DNA of 64,000 nt from positions 64,298-128,297 of the forward strand of contig CAZVBO010000003.1 of NCBI GenBank assembly GCA_964625685.1, given 5' to 3'. The notes below the pieces were generated by a model. That model saw only the letters and a list, made by a program, of their open reading frames with translations. It was not told the DNA's origin and searched no databases. This stretch comes from an uncultured Pseudomonadales bacterium. GTDB taxonomy: Bacteria > Patescibacteriota > Microgenomatia > UBA1400 > PJMF01. The translations under genes were made by a program, and so were the position numbers. Below, piece after piece: positions 48,640 to 58,458 of this stretch. Position 1 is the first letter of the stretch. Each line of letters opens with the position of its first letter.

Positions 48640-48894
48640 ATGTCACAGCCAAAACCTGCCACTTACCTTACCAGCGATCTTGCTCTCGCTACCACTATCT
48701 CCCTCAACTTTCCCATTGAAGATATTGATCGAACCAATCCGCGCAAAGCGGTTTTTGTGTTTCGCAGGTCTCCAGAACTAGAGGAGCTTGTTGATTCTTA
48801 CTTCTCCAATCAGCTTAAGGTCTCACCACAAGTCTTTTTCAACCAATTGCGCGATGTCAAAGCCAGATTATATGCGGAAAAACGACCATGGTAA
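48640..48894 (+). CDS. Hypothetical protein (84 aa)
   Basis: ORF only. Confidence 0.3.
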   Translation: MSQPKPATYLTSDLALATTISLNFPIEDIDRTNPRKAVFVFRRSPELEELVDSYFSNQLKVSPQVFFNQLRDVKARLYAEKRPW

Positions 48895-49059
48895 GCCGAC
48901 AACTATTACTCGAGCTGAAGAAAATTATTGAAGAAGACTATGGAATCAAATTGACCTTGGCCGAAGTGATGGAAGTAGCCACTACATTGGTGGACTTTGC
49001 AGAAACGGCCATGAAGATTGAAGCCAAGCCCGATACCTCATAAAGAGCTTGGTTAATAA

Positions 49060-49557
49060 ATGAAAATGAAAATGTCAAAACAACCACCAACAGACAACCT
49101 GTACCTCCAAATCTGGAGAAATCCTATCTTCAAGGAACTTCTTTTAGCGCAGGTAACAGCCGATCAATGGCATACTTTCACTGCTTTGGCAGTCTTCATG
49201 AACAAAAAGGGTGAGTGTTATCCCTCTCAAAACAGACTCAAACAAATTCTTGGTTTAAATAGCGTGGCCAGTGTAAGCAGAAGAATTATTTCTTTGGAGA
49301 AAGCCCGTTTCAAAGGCGAGCCTCTGATTACAGTCTTTCGAGATAAAAAGATGAAACGTAAAGGTAAATTCCTCTTTGCCAGCAATGGCTACCAACTCAA
49401 CCAAAACATCATCACTATCTTCGCTCCGCATGACACCACCGTCGCACGGAGACAACAACAAATGGAAGATTTTCAAGCAAACAAGGCTAATCTCGTCAAT
49501 AGATTGCACATCAATGCGTCACGGAAAGACGATAAACAAACTAGAAGGAGTTTTTAA
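49060..49557 (+). CDS. Winged-HTH protein of the phage/plasmid replication-initiator-associated type
   Basis: ...CYPSQNRLKQILGLNSVASVSRRIISLEKARF.... Confidence 0.4.
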   Translation: MKMKMSKQPPTDNLYLQIWRNPIFKELLLAQVTADQWHTFTALAVFMNKKGECYPSQNRLKQILGLNSVASVSRRIISLEKARFKGEPLITVFRDKKMKRKGKFLFASNGYQLNQNIITIFAPHDTTVARRQQQMEDFQANKANLVNRLHINASRKDDKQTRRSF

Positions 49558-49586
49558 CAAAAAATTTAACGAAAACAGCGCCGTTT

Positions 49587-50012
49587 ATGAAAGACAAATC
49601 AGTAGCAAAACCAACAGAAAAACTTATAAGGAAGATTGGTCAATTCTTGGTCAAAAATTGGTCGACTTTTCAGGGTGGGCAGCATGTGGGCAAAATGAGG
49701 GCAGATTTAGAGGAGTTTAAGGCTAAACAGGGTGTACAAAAGGTGGACAGAAATAGGACAGAAAACCTGCACCAACTCTTCGTCAAAACTGCGCCAACTA
49801 AGGTTCACCGGTGCTTCACTGAAACTTCACCGGATTTTGGAAGCTTTAGCCTAAAAACCCTTCGGTATGGTGACGGTGAAATGTCGGTGGTTTTTGACCC
49901 TTCATTTGTCCTGTTTCCGCGTATAGCCCAGTATATGCGGAAAGTCCTGATTCAATTTGATATTCCCTCGAGTTACCTATATGTTGTTGTGTTGAAAAGA
50001 GTCTGCCTATGA
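49587..50012 (+). CDS. Hypothetical protein (141 aa)
   Basis: ORF whose stop overlaps the recombinase start. Confidence 0.3.
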   Translation: MKDKSVAKPTEKLIRKIGQFLVKNWSTFQGGQHVGKMRADLEEFKAKQGVQKVDRNRTENLHQLFVKTAPTKVHRCFTETSPDFGSFSLKTLRYGDGEMSVVFDPSFVLFPRIAQYMRKVLIQFDIPSSYLYVVVLKRVCL

Positions 50013-51595
50013 AAAGCGTTATATTCTGCCGAGTCTCCAGCAAAGAACAAGAAGAAACGGGCTACTCCCTCCCGGCGCAGGAGAAGTTCCTGCGAGAATA
50101 TGGCGACAAGCAAGGCTTGGAGGTTAAAAAGGTCTTTGCCATCTCTGAGTCTGCAGCAGGCAAAAGCCAACGCAAGGTCTTTGAGGAAATGATCGCCTAT
50201 GTCAGAAAACAAAATATTTGTGCCATCATTGTCGAAACCACGGACCGTTTAACCCGTAACTTCTCTGATGTGCCCACCATCGACCTCTGGATCACCGAGA
50301 GTGAAGAACACCAAATCCACTTGGCCAAAGAAGCCTGCATCTTGCACAACTCTTCCCGCTCACACGAATGGTTTATGTGGCGAGTCAAAGTTGCTACCGC
50401 TGAATATTATGTCCGCCTGCTTTCCGAGAACGTTAAGAAGGGACAAAAAGAAAAACTGGCTCAGGGCTGGCTGCCAACCAGACCACCACTAGGATATAAA
50501 ACCGTTGGCGAAACCGGTCACAAGATCCACATTGTTGATGAAGGTGCTTCTAAACTAGTGATCAAGATGTTTGAACTTTATGCCTCCGGCGATTATTCCA
50601 TCAAGAAACTGGCCAACACCATGTATCAAGAAGGCATGAGATCTCCTCAGGGCAACAGGCTGGCCATCAGCCGAACTCACTCCCTACTGCGCGATCCTTT
50701 CTATATGGGTAAGATTAGATGGAATGATGAAATTTACGAAGGCAAACAAGAGCCATTAATCAGTAAAGAATTATTTGATAAGGTTCAGAAGTTACTTAAA
50801 AGCAAAACCACTCCCACTTATATGAAACACAGCTACTTATTCAAAGGCTTAATTCGCTGCACTACCTGCAAAGGGCTGATTACCTGGGAACTACACCGAG
50901 GTCATCGCTACGGACACTGCAACCACTACAACAAATGCCCTCAGAAAACATGGGTTAAGGAGCCTGGGACCGAAGAACAACTCTTGAGAGGATTTGAGAA
51001 TCTAAGAATTAAGAACAAACGAGTCACCGAATGGCTCAAAAAAGCACTCAAGGAAAGCCATCAGGACGAAGTCCAGTATCACAACAGCACTGTGGGCGAA
51101 CTAGAAACCCGCTATGAGGCGGTTAGTAGACGAATGGACAAGTTATACGATGACAAACTTGATGAAAAAATCACTCAGGAGTTTTATAACCGTAAGTTTA
51201 AGCAGTACTCCAAAGAAAAAGACGAACTCACCGAAACCATTAAACGCCACTCCACCGCCAGCACAGGTTATCTTAACCTAGGCATTAATCTATACGAACT
51301 CTCGCAACGAGCCAAAGAAATCTACCTCACTGCCAAAAAGAAGGACATGCTGGACGAACAACGCGCCCTTATCAGACTGGTATTCAAAAAGCTCATCTTA
51401 GACGAAGGCAAACTCAGCTGGGAGTACTCCCGAGCCTTTAAGATCCTGTCTGAGGCAGTAAGTCAGACAAATTGTTCTAAAGTGGAAAATTTGGAGGGTT
51501 TGGAAAAAGAAACTTTCGAACATCACGAAAAGAGCGATGTTACGGGACAAAAAGACTCTTTGTCGCCCTCTCATCCCATCTGGCTCCCCGAGTAG
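50009..51595 (+). CDS. Large serine recombinase (second copy)
   Basis: VIFCRVSSKEQ, resolvase domain, recombinase domain, zinc ribbon CTTCKG...HCNHYNKC, coiled coil. The last 15 nt overlap the tRNA-Asn 3' end. Confidence 0.85.
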   Translation: MKSVIFCRVSSKEQEETGYSLPAQEKFLREYGDKQGLEVKKVFAISESAAGKSQRKVFEEMIAYVRKQNICAIIVETTDRLTRNFSDVPTIDLWITESEEHQIHLAKEACILHNSSRSHEWFMWRVKVATAEYYVRLLSENVKKGQKEKLAQGWLPTRPPLGYKTVGETGHKIHIVDEGASKLVIKMFELYASGDYSIKKLANTMYQEGMRSPQGNRLAISRTHSLLRDPFYMGKIRWNDEIYEGKQEPLISKELFDKVQKLLKSKTTPTYMKHSYLFKGLIRCTTCKGLITWELHRGHRYGHCNHYNKCPQKTWVKEPGTEEQLLRGFENLRIKNKRVTEWLKKALKESHQDEVQYHNSTVGELETRYEAVSRRMDKLYDDKLDEKITQEFYNRKFKQYSKEKDELTETIKRHSTASTGYLNLGINLYELSQRAKEIYLTAKKKDMLDEQRALIRLVFKKLILDEGKLSWEYSRAFKILSEAVSQTNCSKVENLEGLEKETFEHHEKSDVTGQKDSLSPSHPIWLPE

Positions 51596-51655
51596 GATTC
51601 GAACCTACAACCTTGAAGTTAACAGCTTCCTGCTCTGCCATTGAGCTATCGGGGA
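51581..51655 (-). tRNA. tRNA-Asn (anticodon GTT), encoded CCA
   Basis: Manual cloverleaf. Acceptor UCCCCGA/UCGGGGA, D stem GCUC/GAGC, anticodon loop CU-GUU-AA, T arm GGUUCGAAUCC. Starts with U like E. coli tRNA-Asn. Confidence 0.75.
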
Positions 51656-51680
51656 TAGAACACTCATTCTATCGAATACT

Positions 51681-52001
51681 TTAACAGTTTCCTGCCCTGC
51701 CTCCTCCAGCTGGCGGAGAGCTATCGGGAAATTGTGCTAAATAATTTTTAAGGCAACTTTTAATAAATTCACGACCGCGATATGATTTTAGCTGTTTTTC
51801 TCTCTGTAAGCAGGATACTCTATCTCTACACATTTCATGATATATGAGTATCCACTTTCCATCATATCTACTTGTATATGAATTTTTAAAAGTATGATTG
51901 TTGTGTAATTTTAATCTATTTTCTAAATCCTGTGTTTGACCAATATATAGTTTTTTATGATTTAAATTATATATTGCGTATACACAATAATTCATACACA
52001 T
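51681..52001 (-). CDS. GIY-YIG nuclease domain protein; its 3' end reads through the tRNA-like fragment
   Basis: VYAIYN...KLYIGQT and downstream R/E residues. 106 aa. Confidence 0.55.
   Translation of the reverse strand: MCMNYCVYAIYNLNHKKLYIGQTQDLENRLKLHNNHTFKNSYTSRYDGKWILIYHEMCRDRVSCLQREKQLKSYRGREFIKSCLKNYLAQFPDSSPPAGGGRAGNC
51683..51721 (-). other. Degenerate duplicate of the tRNA-Asn 5' half (pseudo-tRNA fragment / att-like remnant)
   Basis: The reverse complement TTCCCGATAGCTC...CAGGGCAGGAAACTGTT matches the tRNA 5' half TCCCCGATAGCTC...CAGAGCAGGAAGCTGTT, with the D-loop replaced. Confidence 0.45.
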
Positions 52002-52077
52002 ATCGCTTCAGCGACAACTTGAGATTATAACAACACTTGTGGCAAAAAACCAGTCTGAGCCAAAGAGAAAGAAGAGC

Positions 52078-53229
52078 TTAATCCAAGAAATCTTGCAGTT
52101 GTTTGCGGCGACTGGGATGGCGTAGTTTGCGCAAGGCTTTAGCTTCAATCTGACGAATTCGCTCTCGAGTAACCCCAAACTTTTGACCGACTTCTTCTAA
52201 AGTCATCGCTCTCCCACCATTCAAGCCGAAACGCATACTCAGCACTTTGGCTTCACGATCAGATAAAGCCCCCAAAACTTCCGTAATATTCTCGCGTAAC
52301 ATTTGCTGACTGGTCGCTTCATAAGGCGAAACCTGATTTTCGTCGGCAATAAAATCACCCAAGACACTATCTTCTTCATCTCCAATTGGAGTTTCCAGTG
52401 AGGTCGTATTTTGAGAAATTTTGAGAATTTCCCGGACTTTATCGGGATCCATGTCCTCCATGGCATCGGCAATTTCCTCAGGAGTAGGCTCTCGCCCTAA
52501 ATCCTGCATTAACTTACGAGAAGTCCGCATCAACTTGTTGATGGTTTCGACCATGTGAACCGGAATCCGAATAGTCCGAGCCTGGTCAGCAATAGCTCGA
52601 GTAATAGCTTGGCGAATCCACCACGTGGCGTAGGTAGAAAATTTGAAACCCTTGGTCCAATCGTACTTTTCCACCGCTCGGATCAAACCCTTATTGCCTT
52701 CTTGAATTAAATCAAGGAAAGTCATACCTCGCCCAATATATTTTTTGGCAATCGACACCACTAACCGTAAGTTAGAAGCAGTCAGCTTTTCTTTCGCCGC
52801 GGTGTCACCTGATTCAGCCAGTTGAGCCAACTTAATCTCTTGTTCTCGAGTTAACAGCGGAATGCGACCAATTTCCTTGAGGTACATTCTGACTGGATCA
52901 GACACCCCGGTGTAACTCAAACTATTGAGCACTTCCAGCTCCCGCTCCATTTGAGAGACGTCTTCCGTCTTGTCATCGACGGTTACCGACTCAAACACAT
53001 CAATATTGTTATCGACAATTTCGGAATAGAAATCATCCAGTAAGTTCAAGTAACTTTCTGGTTCCACAAACACTTCCAAGACATCGTCTTGAGTCACAAA
53101 TCCCTGTTGCTTGGCTTTTTTGAGTAAAGCATCGACCTCCCGTTGGAGGGCTTTCGGAATTTTGGCATCGGTTGGTTGAGTTGTTGAAATAATTGAAGTT
53201 GAAGCAGTTGATTGAGAGTCTTTGGCCAT
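52078..53229 (-). CDS. rpoD: RNA polymerase primary sigma factor (sigma-70)
   Basis: Regions 2-4 [54 protein letters not shown]. Start at MAKDSQ behind a GGGGA RBS. Confidence 0.9.
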   Translation of the reverse strand: MAKDSQSTASTSIISTTQPTDAKIPKALQREVDALLKKAKQQGFVTQDDVLEVFVEPESYLNLLDDFYSEIVDNNIDVFESVTVDDKTEDVSQMERELEVLNSLSYTGVSDPVRMYLKEIGRIPLLTREQEIKLAQLAESGDTAAKEKLTASNLRLVVSIAKKYIGRGMTFLDLIQEGNKGLIRAVEKYDWTKGFKFSTYATWWIRQAITRAIADQARTIRIPVHMVETINKLMRTSRKLMQDLGREPTPEEIADAMEDMDPDKVREILKISQNTTSLETPIGDEEDSVLGDFIADENQVSPYEATSQQMLRENITEVLGALSDREAKVLSMRFGLNGGRAMTLEEVGQKFGVTRERIRQIEAKALRKLRHPSRRKQLQDFLD

Positions 53230-53274
53230 AGTTTTCCCCACTAAAATCACAAGATGAAGTCAAATTATACTGAT

Positions 53275-53302
53275 ATTTATGCCGTTGTCAACTTTGGAAA
53301 AG
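53275..53302 (-). promoter_or_regulatory. Sigma-70-type promoter for rpoD (TTGACA-16-TATAAT on the minus strand)
   Basis: -35 at 53297-53302 and -10 at 53275-53280, about 45 nt upstream of the start codon. Confidence 0.55.
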
Positions 53303-53418
53303 GATACTCGTCTAGTGACTATTTTATCGTCATCCTGAACTTGATTCAGGATCTAGGGCGTTTTCAACAAATCCTGGATCCTGATTTTCATCAGGATGAC
53401 ATTATAAAAAAAGTCAAT

Positions 53419-54726
53419 TTAAACCCGTCCCCGTAGCAACATCGCATCCACTACACTCTTCACCGCCCCCATATACGTGGCCATCCGACCATTGACTTGA
53501 GAAATAGCTTTTTGTTGCCACATCTGGTCAAAGGCTTTTTCCATGAGTGGTTGCAGTTTATTGATCACTTCTTCATGTGACCAATAATATCCTTGTAAGT
53601 TCTGAACCCATTCAAAATAAGAAGTGGTCACTCCGCCGGCATTGGCTAAGACATCAGGAATCACTAAAATCTTCTTTTTATTCAAAATTTCATCCGCCTC
53701 AGGTGTAATGGGGCCATTGGCCATTTCGATAATGGCTTTAGCTTTAACCTTATCGGCATTCTCAGCCGTAATTACATTTTCCAAAGCCGCTGGCACTAAA
53801 ATATCGACATCAAGTTCCAAGACTTCTTCATTGGTTAAAGTCTTGCCCAAACTTAAATCGCAACTGTCCTGGTCACAGGCACATTGACTAATTGAGCCAG
53901 ATTGCTTTTTACATTCCAATGTTTTGGCTGGATTGAGCCCCGATTCCACATAGATGCCTCCTTTAGAATCAGAGACTGCCACCACCTTGTAGCCCAACCG
54001 ATCGGCGTGATAAGCAAACCAATAGCCCACATTCCCAAAACCTTGAATGGCAACTGTCACATCTTTTTTGCGCTCATAACCCAGTTCTTTAACGAGTTTC
54101 TCTAAAATAAAGACTCCACCCAAGCCCGTAGCTTCATCTCGACCTTGAGAGCCACCTAGCTCCAGTGGTTTTCCCGTAAAAGTCGCCAAAGGATTTTCCG
54201 TGACTTGACCTTGTTCTCGTTGAAACTGTTCATATTCATCCACCATCCAAGCCATGATTTGACCGGTGGTATTGACGTCGGGAGCAGGAATATCGGTCCA
54301 AGGGCCAACAGAGTCAGCAATTAAGCGCGCATAGGCGCGACTCAAACGCTGTAATTCACCCTCACTCAACTCTTTAGGATCAACTACGACCCCACCTTTT
54401 CCCCCACCATAGGGAATGCCGGTGACCGCACATTTCCAGGTCATCCAGGTAGACAAGGCTTTAACTTCATCTAAACTCACATTTTGGTGAAAGCGGATTC
54501 CCCCCTTGAATGGACCACGCGCATTATTGTGCTGAGAACGGTAGGCTTGAAATTCTTTGGTCGAGCCATCATCCATTTTCACTTTCAGCTTGCCTTCAAC
54601 TAAATTTTGTGGTTCTTTCAGTTGGTCAATGGCCGCATCAAATCGTTTTTTATCGTGATACTGCTCCCGTAACAGCTTGGCCACGGCTTCAAGTTGGTGA
54701 ATGGAATTGGTATGAGGATTATTCAT
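53419..54726 (-). CDS. gdhA: Glutamate dehydrogenase (NAD(P)+)
   Basis: KCAVTGIPYGGGKGG and GFGNVG motifs. 435 aa. Confidence 0.9.
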   Translation of the reverse strand: MNNPHTNSIHQLEAVAKLLREQYHDKKRFDAAIDQLKEPQNLVEGKLKVKMDDGSTKEFQAYRSQHNNARGPFKGGIRFHQNVSLDEVKALSTWMTWKCAVTGIPYGGGKGGVVVDPKELSEGELQRLSRAYARLIADSVGPWTDIPAPDVNTTGQIMAWMVDEYEQFQREQGQVTENPLATFTGKPLELGGSQGRDEATGLGGVFILEKLVKELGYERKKDVTVAIQGFGNVGYWFAYHADRLGYKVVAVSDSKGGIYVESGLNPAKTLECKKQSGSISQCACDQDSCDLSLGKTLTNEEVLELDVDILVPAALENVITAENADKVKAKAIIEMANGPITPEADEILNKKKILVIPDVLANAGGVTTSYFEWVQNLQGYYWSHEEVINKLQPLMEKAFDQMWQQKAISQVNGRMATYMGAVKSVVDAMLLRGRV

Positions 54727-54738
54727 AGTCTCCTTTAA

Positions 54739-54768
54739 TTGTCATCCCGCGTCAGACGCGGGATCCAT
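54739..54768. repeat. GC-rich palindromic element TTGTCATCCCGCG-loop-CGCGGGATCCAT (REP-like); copies also at 58337-58365 and, inverted, at 56131-56156
   Basis: Three intergenic copies seen directly in the sequence. Confidence 0.5.
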
Positions 54769-54873
54769 CTGCTACTATACACCCATAAATAAGTAAATTT
54801 CAAAAATACATTCCAAAGCTGTTTCATCGACGAGATTCTAAACTTGTTCAAAGTTGAAATATATTTTTCCTAA

Positions 54874-56067
54874 TTACGAGTCTATTGATACCTTTCTGAT
54901 TGCCTCAACAATCGCTGGTACCACCCGTTTATCAAATGGTTCCGGAATAATCGAGTCAACACTCGGCTGTGTAATTAGCGCAGCCAAGGCTTGAGCCGCC
55001 GCTTGTTTCATGTCATGAGTAATTTTGGGCAATCTCAAATCTACGACTGCTTTAAAAATCCCGGGGAAAGCCAACACATTATTAATCTGATTGGCGAAAT
55101 CACTCCGCCCAGTGGCAACTACCATCGCGCCTGCTTTTACAGCCACCTCCGGCATAATTTCTGGCACCGGGTTGGCCATGGCAAAGACAATTGCCTTATC
55201 CGCCATCTGCGAAATCATCTCAGGAGCTATCGTTTCCGGCCCAGACACACCAATCACCACGTCCGCGCCTGTCAAGGCATCAGCTAAAGATCCCGTTTGG
55301 TGAACTTTATTGGTCACACTCGCAATCGCTTGCTTGTAAACATTCAGATCCTGACGCTCGGGGTAGATGGCACCTTTACTATCCACTACAATCACATCTT
55401 TGACCGATCGTGCTCCATCCTGAATTCGACAGCCAAACTGGCTACACTCTAAACCGAGTAACATTTTAGTAATGGCTAAGCCAGCTGCACCGGCCCCTAC
55501 TACCACCACTTTTAATTCTTCAAAAGGTTTGTTGACTACTTTGGCGGCATTGGTTAATGCTGCAGTCACTACAATTGCCGTGCCATGCTGATCATCATGA
55601 AACACCGGAATCCCAATCTCCTGAAGTTCATCCTCAATTTGGAAACAACGGGGCGCCGAAATATCTTCTAAATTAATCCCGGCAAAAGTGGGAGCGACTT
55701 GTTTGACAAACTGAACAATATCACCGGGCTGTTGAGAATTAATAACCAGGGGAAAAGCATCAATTCCCGCAAACTCTTTCATCAACAGTGCTTTACCTTC
55801 CATCACCGGCATGGCTGCCTCGGGGCCAATGTTCCCTAAACCTAACACCGCACTGCCATCCGAAATCACCGCCACCGTTCGACCCCTCAACGTCAGCTCA
55901 AAAGATTTAGTCACATCTTTAGCAATTACCCGACTCACTTCAGCCACTCCAGGAGTATATACTTGAGATAACTCAGTCCGATTGGTGACACTCACCCGAG
56001 AGGCAACTCCAAGTTTCCCCTGATGTTGTTGATGGAGGTCGACTGATTGTTGATAGACGTTATCCAT
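54874..56067 (-). CDS. NAD(P)-dependent malic enzyme (short type)
   Basis: VVVGAGAAGLAITKML and the general malic-enzyme fold. Start at MDNVYQ behind GAGGTG. Confidence 0.8.
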   Translation of the reverse strand: MDNVYQQSVDLHQQHQGKLGVASRVSVTNRTELSQVYTPGVAEVSRVIAKDVTKSFELTLRGRTVAVISDGSAVLGLGNIGPEAAMPVMEGKALLMKEFAGIDAFPLVINSQQPGDIVQFVKQVAPTFAGINLEDISAPRCFQIEDELQEIGIPVFHDDQHGTAIVVTAALTNAAKVVNKPFEELKVVVVGAGAAGLAITKMLLGLECSQFGCRIQDGARSVKDVIVVDSKGAIYPERQDLNVYKQAIASVTNKVHQTGSLADALTGADVVIGVSGPETIAPEMISQMADKAIVFAMANPVPEIMPEVAVKAGAMVVATGRSDFANQINNVLAFPGIFKAVVDLRLPKITHDMKQAAAQALAALITQPSVDSIIPEPFDKRVVPAIVEAIRKVSIDS

Positions 56068-56334
56068 AAAAAGCACACCTCGTCATTTCCTCGAAAGAGG
56101 GAATCTGGGACATTGGTTGAGCTCTTCCAGATCCCCGCATTCGCGAGGATGACAGACTATTTTTTAAAAAAAATTTTGGTTTCTGACTTCCCCGCCTGCA
56201 GCAGCTTTGCTGCAAGCAATGCGGGCAGGTGGCTTTAAACCTTTACCCCTCTATCCCTTTTAAACCTGAATACTTTCTTTCCGCCCAAGGCGGACCAGCC
56301 TCGGGCTGGCTTTCAACTTTCTGGCTTCTGGCTT

Positions 56335-57408
56335 TCAACTTTTTTGATTCATTTCCAGCCACTTTTCGGCATCCAGTGACGCCGCTGTGCCTTGACCAGC
56401 GGATGTAATGGCTTGCTTGTAGCGTAAATCAACCACATCGCCAGCTGCAAACACACCTGGCACTGAAGTCATACTGGGATAGACAATCAGTCCCTCTTCA
56501 TTCAAAGCTTGTTGGGCCATCGTCACCCCAGCTTGACTGGCACTTTGAGGCGTAACTACATAACCATGAGCATCTAACTCTACCTGACCTTGAAATAACT
56601 GAGTCAAAGGTTTGTGGCCAATCGCATAAAATAAACCATCAGTCGGCACGACTCGAGGTTCTTGACCCATAGTTTCTAACTTAATTTGCGTTAATTTGGT
56701 ATCTCCCAAGGCTTCGACCACTTGAGTATTCCACAAGACCTCCACTTTAGGATGATTGAGTACTCGCTCCTGCATGATTTTACTGGCTTTAAAACTATCG
56801 CGGCGATGGACCACTTTAACTTCTTTAGCAAACTTAGTCAGAGCCAACGTATCTTCCATGGCACTATCTCCACCACCCACCACATAAGCTACTTTATCTT
56901 TATAAAAAGCGGCATCACAGACAGCACAAGTAGCAATCCCTTTCCCAAAAAACTGATCTTCTCCAGGGATTCCTAACATGATAGCGGCGGCGCCAGTGGA
57001 GATGATCACACTTTCTGCTTCAAAGCCAGGTGGTTGCTCCATCACCTGCTGGCGAAAATCCTTCATTTGGTCAGGCGTTAAGTACTCAAACTGAGTCGGA
57101 TCAAATTTATCAGGTAAGTTGGTCCAAACTTTGAACGGCCGCTGTGAAAAATCGACCGCACTCACCCACGCATCCACGATCTGCGTTTCAAACCGAGCGG
57201 CTTGTTCGCGCATCTCAATCATTAAATCAGGTCCATTTTTGCCTTCCTTAAATCCAGGAAAGTTTTCAACTACGCCGGTATTCATTAATTGACCACCAGA
57301 TTTTAAGCCCCCAATTAAGATAGGGGCCAGCTTGGCCCGGCCGGCATATATGCCAGCCGTAAAGCCAGCTGGCCCCGAACCAATAATTAACAACTTTGTT
57401 TTTTGCAT
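56335..57408 (-). CDS. trxB: Thioredoxin-disulfide reductase
   Basis: N-terminal GSGPAG FAD motif. Redox-active CAVCD. 357 aa, slightly long for the family. Confidence 0.85.
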   Translation of the reverse strand: MQKTKLLIIGSGPAGFTAGIYAGRAKLAPILIGGLKSGGQLMNTGVVENFPGFKEGKNGPDLMIEMREQAARFETQIVDAWVSAVDFSQRPFKVWTNLPDKFDPTQFEYLTPDQMKDFRQQVMEQPPGFEAESVIISTGAAAIMLGIPGEDQFFGKGIATCAVCDAAFYKDKVAYVVGGGDSAMEDTLALTKFAKEVKVVHRRDSFKASKIMQERVLNHPKVEVLWNTQVVEALGDTKLTQIKLETMGQEPRVVPTDGLFYAIGHKPLTQLFQGQVELDAHGYVVTPQSASQAGVTMAQQALNEEGLIVYPSMTSVPGVFAAGDVVDLRYKQAITSAGQGTAASLDAEKWLEMNQKS

Positions 57409-57767
57409 ACTTTATTCCTTTGGCTTTTAATATATTCTTGAACCGCTTGTTCAACACCTTCTAAATTTCTTTTAACTTCGTTATCAGCAAATCGCAAAAA
57501 ATGCAATCCTACTTGCTCTAATCTAATTTGTCTTACCTCATCATAATCTCCTTTATAATCATGACTGTCTCCATCGATTTCTATAACTAACTGAAGTTTT
57601 TGACAATAGAAATCTACAATGTAATTCAATAAAGGTTTTTGGCGATTAAAAGTATATCCTCCAATTTTGGTCTTTAAGACCTGCCAAAGTAAAATTTCAG
57701 AAAGAGTACTTTGGTTTCGTAATTTTCTTGCTTTTGTTTTTAATGTTGGATTGTAATAAATTCGCAT
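57387..57767 (-). CDS. DUF559 (Vsr/restriction-endonuclease-like fold) domain protein
   Basis: ...YTFNRQ...IVDFYC...LVIEIDG.SH...D..R...L...G...LRF. Start at MRIYYNPT behind an AGAGG RBS. Overlaps the trxB start by 22 nt. Confidence 0.5.
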   Translation of the reverse strand: MRIYYNPTLKTKARKLRNQSTLSEILLWQVLKTKIGGYTFNRQKPLLNYIVDFYCQKLQLVIEIDGDSHDYKGDYDEVRQIRLEQVGLHFLRFADNEVKRNLEGVEQAVQEYIKSQRNKVCKKQSC

Positions 57768-57775
57768 AGGATAAA

Positions 57776-57829
57776 TGCCTCTGTCTGGATTTCTCCAGAC
57801 GTCTCCTCTTAGAAAGAGGAGATTTTGAG
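57776..57829. repeat. Structured element X, copy A: two consecutive hairpins (TCTGGA-TTTC-TCCAGA and TCTCCTCTT-AGAA-AAGAGGAGA)
   Basis: The second copy at 60873-60925 has compensatory changes in hairpin 1 (TCTCGCTATCGCTAGA). Confidence 0.5.
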
Positions 57830-57865
57830 TTAATTTATCTCTCATGTATTACAACAAAGTGACCT

Positions 57866-57932
57866 AGTCCCCTTTTCCTAAAAGGGGCATCAAGTCAGGC
57901 ACTTCAAAGTGCATGACCTGATGGGGCATTTA
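57866..57932. repeat. Structured element Y, copy A (CCCCTTTTCCTAAAAGGGG hairpin, then CATCAAGT...ACCTGATGGGGCATTT)
   Basis: The second copy at 60813-60866 has conserved flanks and a variable middle. Confidence 0.5.
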
Positions 57933-58286
57933 CTCTAATGCTTTATCAAGCATCTCTCTGTATCCATCCTCCCCAGGAAAACCAATTTTCCGGTCAACTT
58001 CTTCCATTTGATCACCTTTTTTCTTCATTACCACCACCGTCGGAATACTCATTACTCCAAACTGACCAGCCACATCTCGATTTTCATCCACATCAAGTTT
58101 GGCAATCACAGCTTTGCCTGCATACTCACCAGCCAACTTGTCTACAATGGGAGCTGCCATTTTACAAGGACCACACCATTGGGCAAAAAAATCAATGAAC
58201 ACTGGTTGATCTCCAGCATCTTTTAAGGTTTGTTTGAAGGTGTCTTCGCTTAAGTGAAGAGCGCCTTTCTGAGTATTATCGGCCAT
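57930..58286 (-). CDS. trxA: Thioredoxin
   Basis: WCGPCK active site. 118 aa. AAGGAGG RBS. Confidence 0.85.
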   Translation of the reverse strand: MADNTQKGALHLSEDTFKQTLKDAGDQPVFIDFFAQWCGPCKMAAPIVDKLAGEYAGKAVIAKLDVDENRDVAGQFGVMSIPTVVVMKKKGDQMEEVDRKIGFPGEDGYREMLDKALE

Positions 58287-58288
58287 AG

Positions 58289-58328
58289 AGCCTCCTTATT
58301 AATATTTAATGATTAATGTCTAATGTCT
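58289..58328. repeat. Heptad (TAATGnn / CAnTAAy)n tract immediately upstream of trxA
   Basis: TTAATGATTAATGTCTAATGTCTAATGTCTAAC, 7-bp periodicity. Related tracts at 58428-58458, 60575-60624, 60780-60808, 60988-61019 and 63680-63715. Confidence 0.6.
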
Positions 58329-58458
58329 AATGTCTAACACTGGATTGTCATTCCCGCGAAGGCGGGAATCCATACTTATTTAACTTGCCCTAGATTCTGA
58401 GTTAAACTCAGGATGACAGTTAAACTGTAAACATTAACCAATAATCATTAGTCACTAA

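Noticed and set aside
56290-56340. Direct repeat GGCTTTCAACTTT x2 with hairpin CCAGCCTCGGGCTGG at the trxB 3' end as a terminator
   Set aside because: On the trxB strand the U-run precedes rather than follows the hairpin. It is kept only as a note, not as a feature.
57768-57845. N-terminal extension of the DUF559 ORF
   Set aside because: It would code through the conserved X hairpins. An AGAGG RBS precedes the internal Met at 57767.
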